DNA of 64,000 nucleotides from Eledone cirrhosa (Eukaryota). The translations under genes were made by a program, and so were the position numbers. Of the stretch, positions 39,201-54,200 are shown one piece after another; the stretch's first letter is position 1, and every line of letters begins with the position of its first letter. The notes beneath the pieces are model-generated. The model was not told the DNA's origin and ran no database searches. It worked only from the letters and a program-made list of their open reading frames with translations. Where the stretch lies: NCBI GenBank assembly GCA_964016885.1, contig OZ024746.1, forward strand, positions 24,800,001 through 24,864,000, in the 5' to 3' direction.

Positions 39201-42200
39201 CAGGTCAGGCTATTGATGTAGGTGTTGGTTGTCATGTTATATAGACAGGTCAGGCTATTGATGTAGCTGTTGGTTAGCATGTTATATAGACAGGTCAGGC
39301 TATTGATGTAGGTGTTGGTTGTCATGTTATATAGACAGGTCAGGTTATTGATGTAGGTGTTGGTTGTCATGTTATATAGACAGGTCAGGCTATTGATGTA
39401 GCTGTTGGTTAGCATGTTATAGAGACAGGTCAGGCTATTGATGTAGGTGTTGGTTGTCATGTTATATAGACAGGTCAGGCTATTGATGTAGGTGTTGGTT
39501 GTCATGTTATATAGACAGGTGAGGCTATTGATGTAGGTGTTGGTTAGCATGTTATAGAGACAGGTCAGGCTATTGATGTAGGTGTTGGTTGTCATGTTAT
39601 ATAGACAGGTCAGGCTATTGATGTAGGTGTTGGTTGTCATGTTATATAGACAGGTGAGGCTATTGATGTAGGTGTTGGTTAGCATGTTATATAGACAGGT
39701 CAGGCTATTGATGTAGGTGTTGGTTAGCATGTTATATAGACAGGTCAGGCTATTGATGTAGGTGTTGGTTGTCATGTTATATAGACAGGTCAGGCTATTG
39801 ATGTAGGTGTTGGTTGTCATGTTATATAGACAGGTGAGGCTATTGATGTAGGTGTTGGTTGTCATGTTATATAGACAGGTCAGGCTATTGATGTAGGTGT
39901 TGGTTAGCATGTTATATAGACAGGTCAGGCTATTGATGTAGGTGTTGGTTGTCATGTTATATAGACAGGTCAGGCTATTGATGTAGGTGTTGGTTAGCAT
40001 GTTATATAGATAGGTCAGGCTATTGATGTAGGTGTTGGTTAGCATGTTATATAGACAGGTCAGGCTATTGATGTAGGTGTTGGTTGTCATGTTATATAGA
40101 CAGGTCAGGCTATTGATGTAGGTGTTGGCTGTCATGTTATATAGACAGGTCAGGCTATTGATGTAGGTGTTGGTTAGCATGTTATATAGACAGGTCAGGC
40201 TATTGATGTAGGTGTTGGTTAGCATGTTATATAGACAGGTGAGGCTATTGATGTAGGTGTTGGTTGTCATGTTATATAGACAGGTCAGGCTATTGATGTA
40301 GGTGTTGGTTGTCATGTTATATAGACACGTGAGGCTATTGATGTAGGTGTTGGTTAGCATGTTATATAGACAGGTCAGGCTATTGATGTAGGTGTTGGTT
40401 AGCATGTTATATAGACAGGTCAGGCTATTGATGTAGGTGTTGGTTAGCATGTTATATAGACAGGTGAGGCTATTGATGTAGGTGTTGGTTGTCATGTTAT
40501 ATAGACAGGTCAGGCTATTGATGTAGGTGTTGGTTAGCATGTTATATAGACAGGTCAGGCTATTGATGTAGGTGTTGGTTGTCATGTTATATAGACAGTT
40601 CAGGCTATTGATGTAGGTGTTCGTTGTCATGTTATATAGACAGGTGAGGCTATTGATGTAGGTGTTGGTTAGCATGTTATATAGACAGGTCAGGCTATTG
40701 ATGTAGGTGTTAGTTGTCATGTTATATAGACAGGTCAGGCTATTGATGTAGGTGTTGGTTGTCATGATATATAGACAGGTCAGGCTATTGATGTAGGTGT
40801 TGGTTGTCATGTTATATAGACAGGTCAGGCTATTGATGTAGGTGTTGGTTGTCATGTTATATAGACAGGTCAGGCTATTGATGTAGGTGTTGGTTGTCAT
40901 GATATATAGATAGGTCAGGCTATTGATGTAGGTGTTGGTTGTCATGTTATATAGACAGGTCAGGCTATTGATGTAGGTGTTGGTTGTCATGTTATATAGA
41001 CAGGTCAGGCTATTGATGTAGGTGTTGGTTGTCATGTTATATAGACAGGTCAGGCTATTGATGTAGGTGTTGGTTGTCATGTTATATAGACAGGTCAGGC
41101 TATTGATGTAGGTGTTGGTTGTCATGTTATATAGACAGGTCAGGCTATTGATGTATGTGTTGGTTGTCATGATATATAGACAGGTCAGGCTATTGATGTA
41201 GGTGTTGGTTGTCATGTTATATAGACAGGTCAGGTTATTGATGTAGGTGTTGGTTGTCATGTTATATAGACAGGTCAGGCTATTGATGTAGGTGTTGGTT
41301 GTCATGTTATATAGACAGGTCAGGCTATTGATGTAGGTGTTGGTTGTCATGTTATATAGACAAGTCAGGCTATTGATGTAGGTGTTGGTTGTCATGTTAT
41401 ATAGACAGGTCAGGCTATTGATGTAGGTGTTGGTTGTCATGTTATATAGACAGGTCAGGCTATTGATGTAGGTGTTGGTTGTCATGATATATAGACAGGT
41501 CAGGCTATTGATGTAGGTGTTGGTTGTCATGTTATATAGACAGGTCAGGCTATTGATGTAGGTCTTGGTTGTCATGTTATATAGACAGGTCAGGCTATTG
41601 ATGTAGGTGTTGGTTGTCATGATATATAGACAGGTCAGGCTATTGATGTAGGTGTTGGTTGTCATGTTATATAGACAGGTCAGGCTATTGATGTAGGTGT
41701 TGGTTGTCATGACATATAGACAGGTCAGGCTATTGATGTAGGTGTTGGTTGTCATGTTATATAGACAGGTCAGGCTATTGATGTAGGTCTTGGTTGTCAT
41801 GTTATATAGACAGGTCAGGCTATTGATGTAGGTGTTGGTTGTCATGTTATATAGACAGGTCAGGCTATTGATGTATGTGTTGGTTGTCATGATATATAGA
41901 CAAGTCAGGCTATTGATGTAGGTGTTGGTTGTCATGTTATATAGACAGGTCAGGCTATTGATGTAGGTGTTGGTTATCATGTTATATAGACAGGTCAGGC
42001 TATTGATGTAGGTGTTGGTTGTCATGTTATATAGACAGGTCAGGCTATTAATGTAGGTGTTAGTTGTCATGTTATATAGACAGGTCAGGCTATTGATGTA
42101 GGTGTTGGTTATCATGTTATATAGACAGGTCAGGCTATTGATGTAGGTGTTGGTTATCATGTTATATAGACAGGTCAGGCTATTGATGTAGGTGTTGGTT

Positions 42201-45200
42201 GTCATGTTATATAGACAGGTCAGGCTATTGATGTAGGTGTTGGTTGTCATGTTATATAGACAGGTGAGTCTATTGATGTAGGTGTTGGTTGTCATGTTAT
42301 ATAGACAGGTCAGGCTATTGATGTAGGTGTTGGTTGTCATGTTATATAGACAGGTGAGGCTATTGATGTAGGTGTTGGTTGTCATGTTATATAGACAGGT
42401 CAGGCTATTGATGTAGGTGTTGGTTGTCATGTTATATAGACAGGTCAGGCTATTGATGTAGGTGTTGGTTGTCATGTTATATAGACAGGTCAGGTTATTG
42501 ATGTAGGTGTTGGTTGTCATGTTATATAGACAGGTCAGGCTATTGACATAGGTGTTGGTTGTCATGTTATATAGACAGGTCAGGCTATTGATGTAGGTGT
42601 TGGTTGTCATGTTATATAGACAGGTCAGGCTATTGATGTAGGTGTTGGTTGTCATGTTATATAGACAGGTCAGGCTATTGATGTAGGTGTTGGTTGTCAT
42701 GTTATATAGACAGGTCAGGCTATTGACATAGGTGTTGGTTGTCATGTTATATAGACAGGTGAGGCTATTGATGTAGGTGTTGGTTGTCATGTTATATAGA
42801 CAGGTCAGGCTATTGATGTAGGTGTTGGTTGTCATGTTATATAGACAGGTGAGGCTATTGATGTAGGTGTTGGTTAGCATGTTATATAGACAGGTCAGGC
42901 TATTGATGTAGGTGTTGGTTGTCATGTTATATAGACAGGTCAGGCTATTGATGTAGGTGTTGGTTAGCATGTTATATAGACAGGTCAGGCTATTGATGTA
43001 GGTGTTGGTTGTCATGTTATATAGACAGGTCAGGCTATTGATGTAGGTGTTGGTTGTCATGTTATATAGACAGGTGAGGCTATTGATGTAGGTGTTGGTT
43101 AGCATGTTATATAGACAGGTCAGGCTATTGATGTAGGTGTTGGTTGTCATGTTATATAGACAGGTCAGGCTATTGATGTAGGTGTTGGTTGTCATGTTAT
43201 ATAGACAGGTGAGGCTATTGATGTAGGTGTTGGTTAGCATGTTATATAGACAGGTCAGGCTATTGATGTAGGTGTTGGTTGTCATGTTATATAGACAGGT
43301 CAGGTTATTGATGTAGGTGTTGGTTGTCATGTTATATAGACAGGTCAGGCTATTGATGTAGCTGTTGGTTAGCATGTTATAGAGACAGGTCAGGCTATTG
43401 ATGTAGGTGTTGGTTGTCATGTTATATAGACAGGTCAGGCTATTGATGTAGGTGTTGGTTGTCATGTTATATAGACAGGTGAGGCTATTGATGTAGGTGT
43501 TGGTTAGCATGTTATAGAGACAGGTCAGGCTATTGATGTAGGTGTTGGTTGTCATGTTATATAGACAGGTCAGGCTATTGATGTAGGTGTTGGTTGTCAT
43601 GTTATATAGACAGGTGAGGCTATTGATGTAGGTGTTGGTTAGCATGTTATATAGACAGGTCAGGCTATTGATGTAGGTGTTGGTTAGCATGTTATATAGA
43701 CAGGTCAGGCTATTGATGTAGGTGTTGGTTGTCATGTTATATAGACAGGTCAGGCTATTGATGTAGGTGTTGGTTGTCATGTTATATAGACAGGTGAGGC
43801 TATTGATGTAGGTGTTGGTTGTCATGTTATATAGACAGGTCAGGCTATTGATGTAGGTGTTGGTTAGCATGTTATATAGACAGGTCAGGCTATTGATGTA
43901 GGTGTTGGTTGTCATGTTATATAGACAGGTCAGGCTATTGATGTAGGTGTTGGTTAGCATGTTATATAGATAGGTCAGGCTATTGATGTAGGTGTTGGTT
44001 AGCATGTTATATAGACAGGTCAGGCTATTGATGTAGGTGTTGGTTGTCATGTTATATAGACAGGTCAGGCTATTGATGTAGGTGTTGGCTGTCATGTTAT
44101 ATAGACAGGTCAGGCTATTGATGTAGGTGTTGGTTAGCATGTTATATAGACAGGTCAGGCTATTGATGTAGGTGTTGGTTAGCATGTTATATAGACAGGT
44201 GAGGCTATTGATGTAGGTGTTGGTTGTCATGTTATATAGACAGGTCAGGCTATTGATGTAGGTGTTGGTTGTCATGTTATATAGACACGTGAGGCTATTG
44301 ATGTAGGTGTTGGTTAGCATGTTATATAGACAGGTCAGGCTATTGATGTAGGTGTTGGTTAGCATGTTATATAGACAGGTCAGGCTATTGATGTAGGTGT
44401 TGGTTAGCATGTTATATAGACAGGTGAGGCTATTGATGTAGGTGTTGGTTGTCATGTTATATAGACAGGTCAGGCTATTGATGTAGGTGTTGGTTAGCAT
44501 GTTATATAGACAGGTCAGGCTATTGATGTAGGTGTTGGTTGTCATGTTATATAGACAGTTCAGGCTATTGATGTAGGTGTTGGTTGTCATGTTATATAGA
44601 CAGGTGAGGCTATTGATGTAGGTGTTGGTTAGCATGTTATATAGACAGGTCAGGCTATTGATGTAGGTGTTAGTTGTCATGTTATATAGACAGGTCAGGC
44701 TATTGATGTAGGTGTTGGTTGTCATGATATATAGACAGGTCAGGCTATTGATGTAGGTGTTGGTTGTCATGTTATATAGACAGGTCAGGCTATTGATGTA
44801 GGTGTTGGTTGTCATGTTATATAGACAGGTCAGGCTATTGATGTAGGTGTTGGTTGTCATGATATATAGATAGGTCAGGCTATTGATGTAGGTGTTGGTT
44901 GTCATGTTATATAGACAGGTCAGGCTATTGATGTAGGTGTTGGTTGTCATGTTATATAGACAGGTCAGGCTATTGATGTAGGTGTTGGTTGTCATGTTAT
45001 ATAGACAGGTCAGGCTATTGATGTAGGTGTTGGTTGTCATGTTATATAGACAGGTCAGGCTATTGATGTAGGTGTTGGTTGTCATGTTATATAGACAGGT
45101 CAGGCTATTGATGTATGTGTTGGTTGTCATGATATATAGACAGGTCAGGCTATTGATGTAGGTGTTGGTTGTCATGTTATATAGACAGGTCAGGTTATTG

Positions 45201-48200
45201 ATGTAGGTGTTGGTTGTCATGTTATATAGACAGGTCAGGCTATTGATGTAGGTGTTGGTTGTCATGTTATATAGACAGGTCAGGCTATTGATGTAGGTGT
45301 TGGTTGTCATGTTATATAGACAAGTCAGGCTATTGATGTAGGTGTTGGTTGTCATGTTATATAGACAGGTCAGGCTATTGATGTAGGTGTTGGTTGTCAT
45401 GTTATATAGACAGGTCAGGCTATTGATGTAGGTGTTGGTTGTCATGATATATAGACAGGTCAGGCTATTGATGTAGGTGTTGGTTGTCATGTTATATAGA
45501 CAGGTCAGGCTATTGATGTAGGTCTTGGTTGTCATGTTATATAGACAGGTCAGGCTATTGATGTAGGTGTTGGTTGTCATGATATATAGACAGGTCAGGC
45601 TATTGATGTAGGTGTTGGTTGTCATGTTATATAGACAGGTCAGGCTATTGATGTAGGTGTTGGTTGTCATGACATATAGACAGGTCAGGCTATTGATGTA
45701 GGTGTTGGTTGTCATGTTATATAGACAGGTCAGGCTATTGATGTAGGTCTTGGTTGTCATGTTATATAGACAGGTCAGGCTATTGATGTAGGTGTTGGTT
45801 GTCATGTTATATAGACAGGTCAGGCTATTGATGTATGTGTTGGTTGTCATGATATATAGACAAGTCAGGCTATTGATGTAGGTGTTGGTTGTCATGTTAT
45901 ATAGACAGGTCAGGCTATTGATGTAGGTGTTGGTTATCATGTTATATAGACAGGTCAGGCTATTGATGTAGGTGTTGGTTGTCATGTTATATAGACAGGT
46001 CAGGCTATTAATGTAGGTGTTAGTTGTCATGTTATATAGACAGGTCAGGCTATTGATGTAGGTGTTGGTTATCATGTTATATAGACAGGTCAGGCTATTG
46101 ATGTAGGTGTTGGTTATCATGTTATATAGACAGGTCAGGCTATTGATGTAGGTGTTGGTTGTCATGTTATATAGACAGGTCAGGCTATTGATGTAGGTGT
46201 TGGTTGTCATGTTATATAGACAGGTGAGTCTATTGATGTAGGTGTTGGTTGTCATGTTATATAGACAGGTCAGGCTATTGATGTAGGTGTTGGTTGTCAT
46301 GTTATATAGACAGGTGAGGCTATTGATGTAGGTGTTGGTTGTCATGTTATATAGACAGGTCAGGTTATTGATGTAGGTGTTGGTTGTCATGTTATATAGA
46401 CAGGTGAGGCTATTGATGTAGGTGTTGGTTGTCATGTTATATAGACAGGTCAGGTTGTTGATGTAGTTGTTGGTTGCTATGTTATATAGACAGGTCAGGC
46501 TATTGATGTAGGTGTTGGTTGTCATGATATATAGACAGGTCAGGCTATTGATGTAGGTGTTAGTTGTCATGTTATATAGACAGGTCAAGCTATTGATGTA
46601 GGTGTTAGTTGTCATGTTATATAGACAGGTCAAGCTATTGATGTAGGTGTTGGTTGCCATGTTATATAGACAGGTCAGGCTATTGATGTAGGTGTTGGTT
46701 GTCATGATATATAGACAGGTCAGGCTATTGATGTAGGTGTTGGTTGCCATGTTATATAGACAGGTGAGGCTATTGATGTAGGTGTTGGTTGTCATGTTAT
46801 ATAGACAGGTCAGGTTATTGATGTAGGTGTTGGTTGTCATGTTATATAGACAGGTGAGGCTATTGATGTAGGTGTTGGTTGTCATGATATATAGACAGGT
46901 CAGGCTATTGATGTAGGTGTTGGTTGTCATGTTATATAGACAGGTCAAGCTATTGATGTAGGTGTTGGTTGTCATGTTATATAGACAGGTCAGGTTATTG
47001 ATGTAGGTGTTGGTTGTCATGTTATATAGACAGGTGAGGCTATTGATGTAGGTGTTGGTTGTCATGATATATAGACAGGTCAGGCTATTGATGTAGGTGT
47101 TGGTTGTCATGTTATATAGACAGGTCAAGCTATTGATGTAGGTGTTGGTTGTCATGATATATAGACAGGTCAGGCTATTGATGTAGGTGTTGGTTGTCAT
47201 GTTATATAGACAGGTCAGGCTATTGATGTAGGTGTTGGTTGCCATGTTATATAGACAGATCAGGCTATTGATGTAGGTGTTGGTTGTCATGTTATATAGA
47301 CAGGTGAGGCTATTGATGTAGGTGTTGGTTGTCATGTTATATAGACAGGTCAGGCTATTGATGTAGGTGTTGGTTGTCATGTTATATAGACAGGTGAGGC
47401 TATTGATGTAGGTGTTGGTTGTCATGATATATAGACAGGTCAGGCTATTGATGTAGGTGTTGGTTGTCATGTTATATAGACAGGTCAGGCTATTGATGTA
47501 GGTGTTGGTTGTCATGTTATATAGACAGATCAGGCTATTGATGTAGGTGTTGGTTGTCATGTTATATAGACAGGTGAGGCTATTGATGTAGGTGTTGGTT
47601 GTCATGTTATATAGACAGGTCAGGCTATTGATGTAGGTGTTGGTTGTCATGTTATATAGACAGGTCAGGTTGTTGATGTAGGTGTTGGTTGTCATGTTAT
47701 ATAGACAGGTCAGGCTATTGATGTAGGTGTTAGTTGTCATGTTATATAGACAGGTGAGGCTATTGATGTAGGTGTTGGTTGTCATGTTATATAGACAGGT
47801 GAGGTTGTTGATGTAGGTGTTGGTTGTCATGTTATATAGACAGGTCAGGCTATTGATGTAGGTGTTGGTTGTCATGTTATATAGACAGGTGAGGCTATTG
47901 ATGTAGGTGTTGGTTGTCATGATATATAGACAGGTCAGGCTATTGATGTAGGTGTTGGTTGTCATGTTATATAGACAGGTCAGGCTATTGATGTAGGTGT
48001 TGGTTGTCATGTTATATAGACAGATCAGGCTATTGATGTAGGTGTTGGTTGTCATGTTATATAGACAGGTGAGGCTATTGATGTAGGTGTTGGTTGTCAT
48101 GTTATATAGACAGGTCAGGCTATTGATGTAGGTGTTGGTTGTCATGTTATATAGACAGGTCAGGCTATTGATGTAGGTGTTGGTTGTCATGTTATATAGA

Positions 48201-51200
48201 CAGGTGAGGTTGTTGATGTAGGTGTTGGTTGTCATGTTATATAGACAGGTCAGGCTATTGATGTAGGTGTTGGTTGTCATGTTATATAGACAGGTCAGGT
48301 TGTTGATGTAGGTGTTGGTTGTCATGTTATATAGACAGGTCAAGCTATTGATGTAGGTGTTGGTTGCCATGTTATATAGACAGGTCAGGCTATTGATGTA
48401 GGTGTTGGTTGTCATGTTATATAGACAGGTCAGGTTGTTGATGTAGGTGTTGGTTGTCATGTTATATAGACAGGTCAGGCTATTGATGTAGGTGTTGGTT
48501 GTCATGTTATATAGACAGGTCAGGCTATTGATGTAGGTGTTGGTTGTCATGTTATATAGACAGGTCAGGCTATTGATGTAGGTGTTGGTTGTCATGTTAT
48601 ATAGACAGGTCAGGTTGTTGATGTAGGTGTTGGTTGTCATGTTATATAGACAGGTCAGGCTATTGATGTAGGTGTTAGTTGTCATGTTATATAGACAGGT
48701 CAGGCTATTGATGTAGGTGTTGGTTGTCATGTTATATAGACAGGTCAGGTTGTTGATGTAGGTGTTGGTTGTCATGTTATATAGACAGGTGAGGCTATTG
48801 ATGTAGGTGTTGGTTGTCATGTTATATAGACAGGTCAGGCTATTGATGTAGGTGTTGGTTGTCATGTTATATAGACAGGTCAGGCTATTGATGTAGGTGT
48901 TGGTTGTCATGTTATATAGACAGGTCAGGCTATTGATGTAGGTGTTGGTTGTCATGTTATATAGACAGGTCAGGTTGTTGATGTAGGTGTTGGTTGTCAT
49001 GTTATATAGACAGGTGAGGCTATTGATGTAGGTGTTGGTTGTCATGTTATATAGACAGGTCAGGTTGTTGATGTAGGTGTTGGTTGTCATGTTATATAGA
49101 CAGGTGAGGCTATTGATGTAGGTGTTGGTTGTCATGTTATATAGACAGGTCAGGCTATTGATGTAGGTGTTGGTTGTCATGTTATATAGACAGGTCAGGC
49201 TATTGATGTAGGTGTTGGTTGTCATGTTATATAGACAGGTCAGGTTGTTGATGTAGGTGTTGGTTGTCATGTTATATAGACAGGTGAGGCTATTGATGTA
49301 GGTGTTGGTTGTCATGTTATATAGACAGGTCAGGCTATTGATGTAGGTGTTGGTTGTCATGTTATATAGACAGGTCAGGCTATTGATGTAGGTGTTGGTT
49401 GCCATGTTATATAGACAGGTCAGGCTATTGATGTAGGTGTTGGTTGTCATGATATATAGACAGGTCAGGCTATTGATGTAGGTGTTGGTTGTCATGTTAT
49501 ATAGACAGGTCAGGTTATTGATGTAGGTGTTAGTTGTCATGTTATATAGACAGGTCAGGCTATTGATGTAGGTGTTGGTTGTCATGTTATATAGACAGGT
49601 CAGGTTGTTGATGTAGGTGTTGGTTGTCATGTTATATAGACAGGTGAGGCTATTGATGTAGGTGTTGGTTGTCATGTTATATAGACAGGTCAGGCTATTG
49701 ATGTAGGTGTTGGTTGTCATGTTATATAGACAGGTCAGGCTATTGATGTAGGTGTTGGTTGCCATGTTATATAGACAGGTCAGGCTATTGATGTAGGTGT
49801 TGGTTGTCATGATATATAGACAGGTCAGGCTATTGATGTAGGTGTTGGTTGTCATGTTATATAGACAGGTCAGGTTATTGATGTAGGTGTTGGTTGCCAT
49901 GTTATATAGACAGGTCAGGCTATTGATGTAGGTGTTGGTTGCCATGTTATATAGACAGGTCAGGCTATTGATGTAGGTGTTGGTTGTCATGTTATATAGA
50001 CAGGTCAGGCTATTGATGTAGGTGTTGGTTGTCATGTTATATAGACAGGTCAGGCTATTGATGTAGGTGTTGGTTGCCATGTTATATAGACAGGTCAGGC
50101 TATTGATGTAGGTGTTGGTTGTCATGATATATAGACAGGTCAGGCTATTGATGTAGGTGTTGGTTGTCATGTTATATAGACAGGTCAGGTTATTGATGTA
50201 GGTGTTGGTTGCCATGTTATATAGACAGGTCAGGCTATTGATGTAGGTGTTGGTTGCCATGTTATATAGACAGGTCAGGCTATTGATGTAGGTGTTGGTT
50301 GTCATGTTATATAGACAGGTCAGGTTATTGATGTAGGTGTTGGTTGCCATGTTATATAGACAGGTCAGGCTATTGATGTAGGTGTTGGTTGCCATGTTAT
50401 ATAGACAGGTCAGGTTGTTGATGTAGGTGTTGGTTGTCATGTTATATAGACAGGTCAGGCTATTGATGTAGGTGTTGGTTGCCATGTTATATAGACAGGT
50501 CAGGCTATTGATGTAGGTGTTGGTTGCCATGTTATATAGACAGGTCAGGCTATTGATGTAGGTGTTGGTTGTCATGTTATATAGACAGGTCAGGTTATTG
50601 ATGTAGGTGTTGGTTGCCATGTTATATAGACAGGTCAGGCTATTGATGTAGGTGTTGGTTGCCATGTTATATAGACAGGTCAGGTTGTTGATGTAGGTGT
50701 TGGTTGTCATGTTATATAGACAGGTCAGGCTATTGATGTAGGTGTTAGTTGTCATGTTATATAGACAGGTGAGGCTATTAATGTAGGTGTTGGTTGTCAT
50801 GTTATATAGACAGGTCAGGCTATTGATGTAGGTGTTAGTTGCCATGTTATATAGACAGGTCAGGCTATTAATGTAGGTGTTGGTTGTCATGTTATATAGA
50901 CAGGTCAGGCTATTGATGTAGGTGTTGGTTGTCATGTTATATAGACAGGTCAGGCTATTGATGTAGGTGTTGGTTGTCATGTTATATAGACAGGTCAGGC
51001 TATTGATGTAGGTGTTGGTTATCATGTTATATAGACAGGTCAGGCTATTGATGTAGGTGTTGGTTGTCATGTTATATAAACAGGTCAGGCTATTGATGTA
51101 GGTGTTGGTTGTCATGATATATAGACAGGTCAGGCTATTGATGTAGGTGTTGGTTAGCATGTTATATAGACAGGTGAGGCTATTGATGTAGGTGTTGGTT

Positions 51201-54200
51201 AGCATGTTATATAGACAGGTGAGGCTATTGATGTAGGTGTTGGTTGTCATGTTATATAGACAGGTCAGGTTGTTGATGTAGGTGTTGGTTGTCATGTTAT
51301 ATAGACAGGTCAGGCTATTGATGTAGGTGTTGGTTGTCATGTTATATAGACAGGTCAGGCTATTGATGTAGGTGTTGGTTGTCATGTTATATAAACAGGT
51401 CAGGCTATTGATGTAGGTGTTGGTTGTCATGATATATAGACAGGTGAGGCTATTGATGTAGGTGTTGGTTAGCATGTTATATAGACAGGTGAGGCTATTG
51501 ATGTAGGTGTTGGTTAGCATGTTATATAGACAGGTGAGGCTATTGATGTAGGTGTTGGTTGTCATGTTATATAGACAGGTCAGGTTGTTGATGTAGGTGT
51601 TGGTTGTCATGTTATATAGACAGGTCAGGCTATTGATGTAGGTGTTGGTTGTCATGTTATATAGACAGGTCAGGTTGTTGATGTAGGTGTTGGTTGCCAT
51701 GTTATATAGACAGGTCAGGCTATTGATGTAGGTGTTGGTTGTCATGTTATATAGACAGGTCAGGTTGTTGATGTAGGTGTTGGTTGTCATGTTATATAGA
51801 CAGGTCAGGCTATTGATGTAGGTGTTGGTTGTCATGTTATATAGACAGGTCAGGCTATTGATGTAGGTGTTGGTTGTCATGTTATATAGACAGGTCAGGC
51901 TATTGATGTAGGTGTTGGTTAGCATGTTATATAGACAGGTCAGGCTATTGATGTAGGTGTTGGTTGTCATGTTATATAGACAGGTCAGGCTATTGATGTA
52001 GGTGTTGGTTGTCATGTTATATAGACAGGTCAGGCTATTGATGTAGGTGTTGGTTGTCATGTTATATAGACAGGTCAGGCTATTGATGTAGGTGTTGGTT
52101 AGCATGTTATATAGACAGGTGAGGCTATTGATGTAGGTGTTGGTTGTCATGTTATATAGACAGGTCAGGCTATTGATGTAGGTGTTGGTTGTCATGTTAT
52201 ATAGACAGGTGAGGCTATTGATGTAGGTGTTGGTTGTCATGTTATATAGACAGGTCAGGCTATTGATGTAGGTGTTGGTTGTCATGTTATATAGACAGGT
52301 CAGGTTGTTGATGTAGGTGTTGGTTGCCATGTTATATAGACAGGTCAGGCTATTGATGTAGGTGTTGGTTGTCATGATATATAGACAGGTCAGGCTATTG
52401 ATGTAGGTGTTGGTTGTCATGTTATATAGACAGGTCAGGTTGTTGATGTAGGTGTTGGTTGTCATGTTATATAGACAGGTCAGGCTATTGATGTAGGTGT
52501 TGGTTGTCATGTTATATAGACAGGTGAGGCTATTGATGTAGGTGTTGGTTGTCATGTTATATAGACAGGTCAGGCTATTGATGTAGGTGTTGGTTAGCAT
52601 GTTATATAGACAGGTCAGGCTATTGATGTAGGTGTTGGTTGTCATGTTATATAGACAGGTCAGGCTATTGATGTAGGTGTTGGTTGTCATGTTATATAGA
52701 CAGGTCAGGCTATTGATGTAGGTGTTGGTTGTCATGTTATATAGACAGGTCAGGCTATTGATGTAGGTGTTGGTTGTCATGTTATATAGACAGGTCAGGC
52801 TATTGATGTAGGTGTTGGTTGTCATGTTATATAGACAGGTCAGGCTATTGATGTAGGTGTTGGTTATCATGTTATATAGACAGGTCAGGCTATTGATGTA
52901 GGTGTTGGTTATCATGTTATATAGACAGGTGAGGCTATTGATGTAGGTGTTGGTTGTCATGTTATATAGACAGGTCAGGCTATTGATGTAGGTGTTGGTT
53001 GTCATGTTATATAGACAGGTGAGGCTATTGATGTAGGTGTTGGTTATCATGTTATATAGACAGGTCAGGCTATTGATGTAGGTGTTGGTTGTCATGTTAT
53101 ATAGACAGGTGAGGCTATTGATGTAGGTGTTGGTTGTCATGTTATATAGACAGGTCAGGTTATTGATGTAGGTGTTGGTTGTCATGTTATATAGACAGGT
53201 CAGGCTATTGATGTAGGTGTTGGTTGTCATGTTATATAGACAGGTCAGGCTATTGATGTAGGTGTTGGTTGTCATGTTATATAGACAGGTCAGGCTATTG
53301 ATGTAGGTGTTGGTTGTCATGTTATATAGACAGGTCAGGCTATTGATGTAGGTGTTGGTTGTCATGTTATATAGACAGGTCAGGCTATTGATGTAGGTGT
53401 TGGTTATCATGTTATATAGACAGGTCAGGCTATTGATGTAGGTGTTGGTTATCATGTTATATAGACAGGTCAGGCTATTGATGTAGGTGTTGGTTGTCAT
53501 GTTATATAGACAGGTCAAGCTATTGATGTAGGTGTTGGTTGTCATGTTATATAGACAGGTCAGGCTATTGATGTAGGTGTTGGTTATCATGTTATATAGA
53601 CAGGTCAGGCTATTGATGTAGGTGTTGGTTATCATGTTATATAGACAGGTCAGGCTATTGATGTAGGTGTTGGTTGTCATGTTATATAGACAGGTCAGGC
53701 TATTGATGTAGGTGTTGGTTGTCATGTTATATAGACAGGTGGGGCTATTGATGTAGGTGTTGGTTGTCATGTTATATAGACAGGTCAGGCTATTGATGTA
53801 GGTGTTGGTTGTCATATTATATAGACAGGTGAGGCTATTGATGTAGGTGTTGGTTGTCATGTTATATAGACAGGTCAGGTTATTGATGTAGGTGTTGGTT
53901 GTCATGTTATATAGACAGGTCAGGTTATTGATGTAGGTGTTGGTTGCCATGTTATATAGACAGGTCAGGCTATTGATGTAGGTGTTAGTTGTCATGTTAT
54001 ATAGACAGGTCAAGCTATTGATGTAGGTGTTAGTTGTCATGTTATATAGACAGGTCAAGCTATTGATGTAGGTGTTGGTTGCCATGTTATATAGACAGGT
54101 CAGGCTATTGATGTAGGTGTTGGTTGTCATGTTATATAGACAGGTCAGGCTATTGATGTAGGTGTTGGTTGTCATGTTATATAGACAGGTCAGGCTATTG

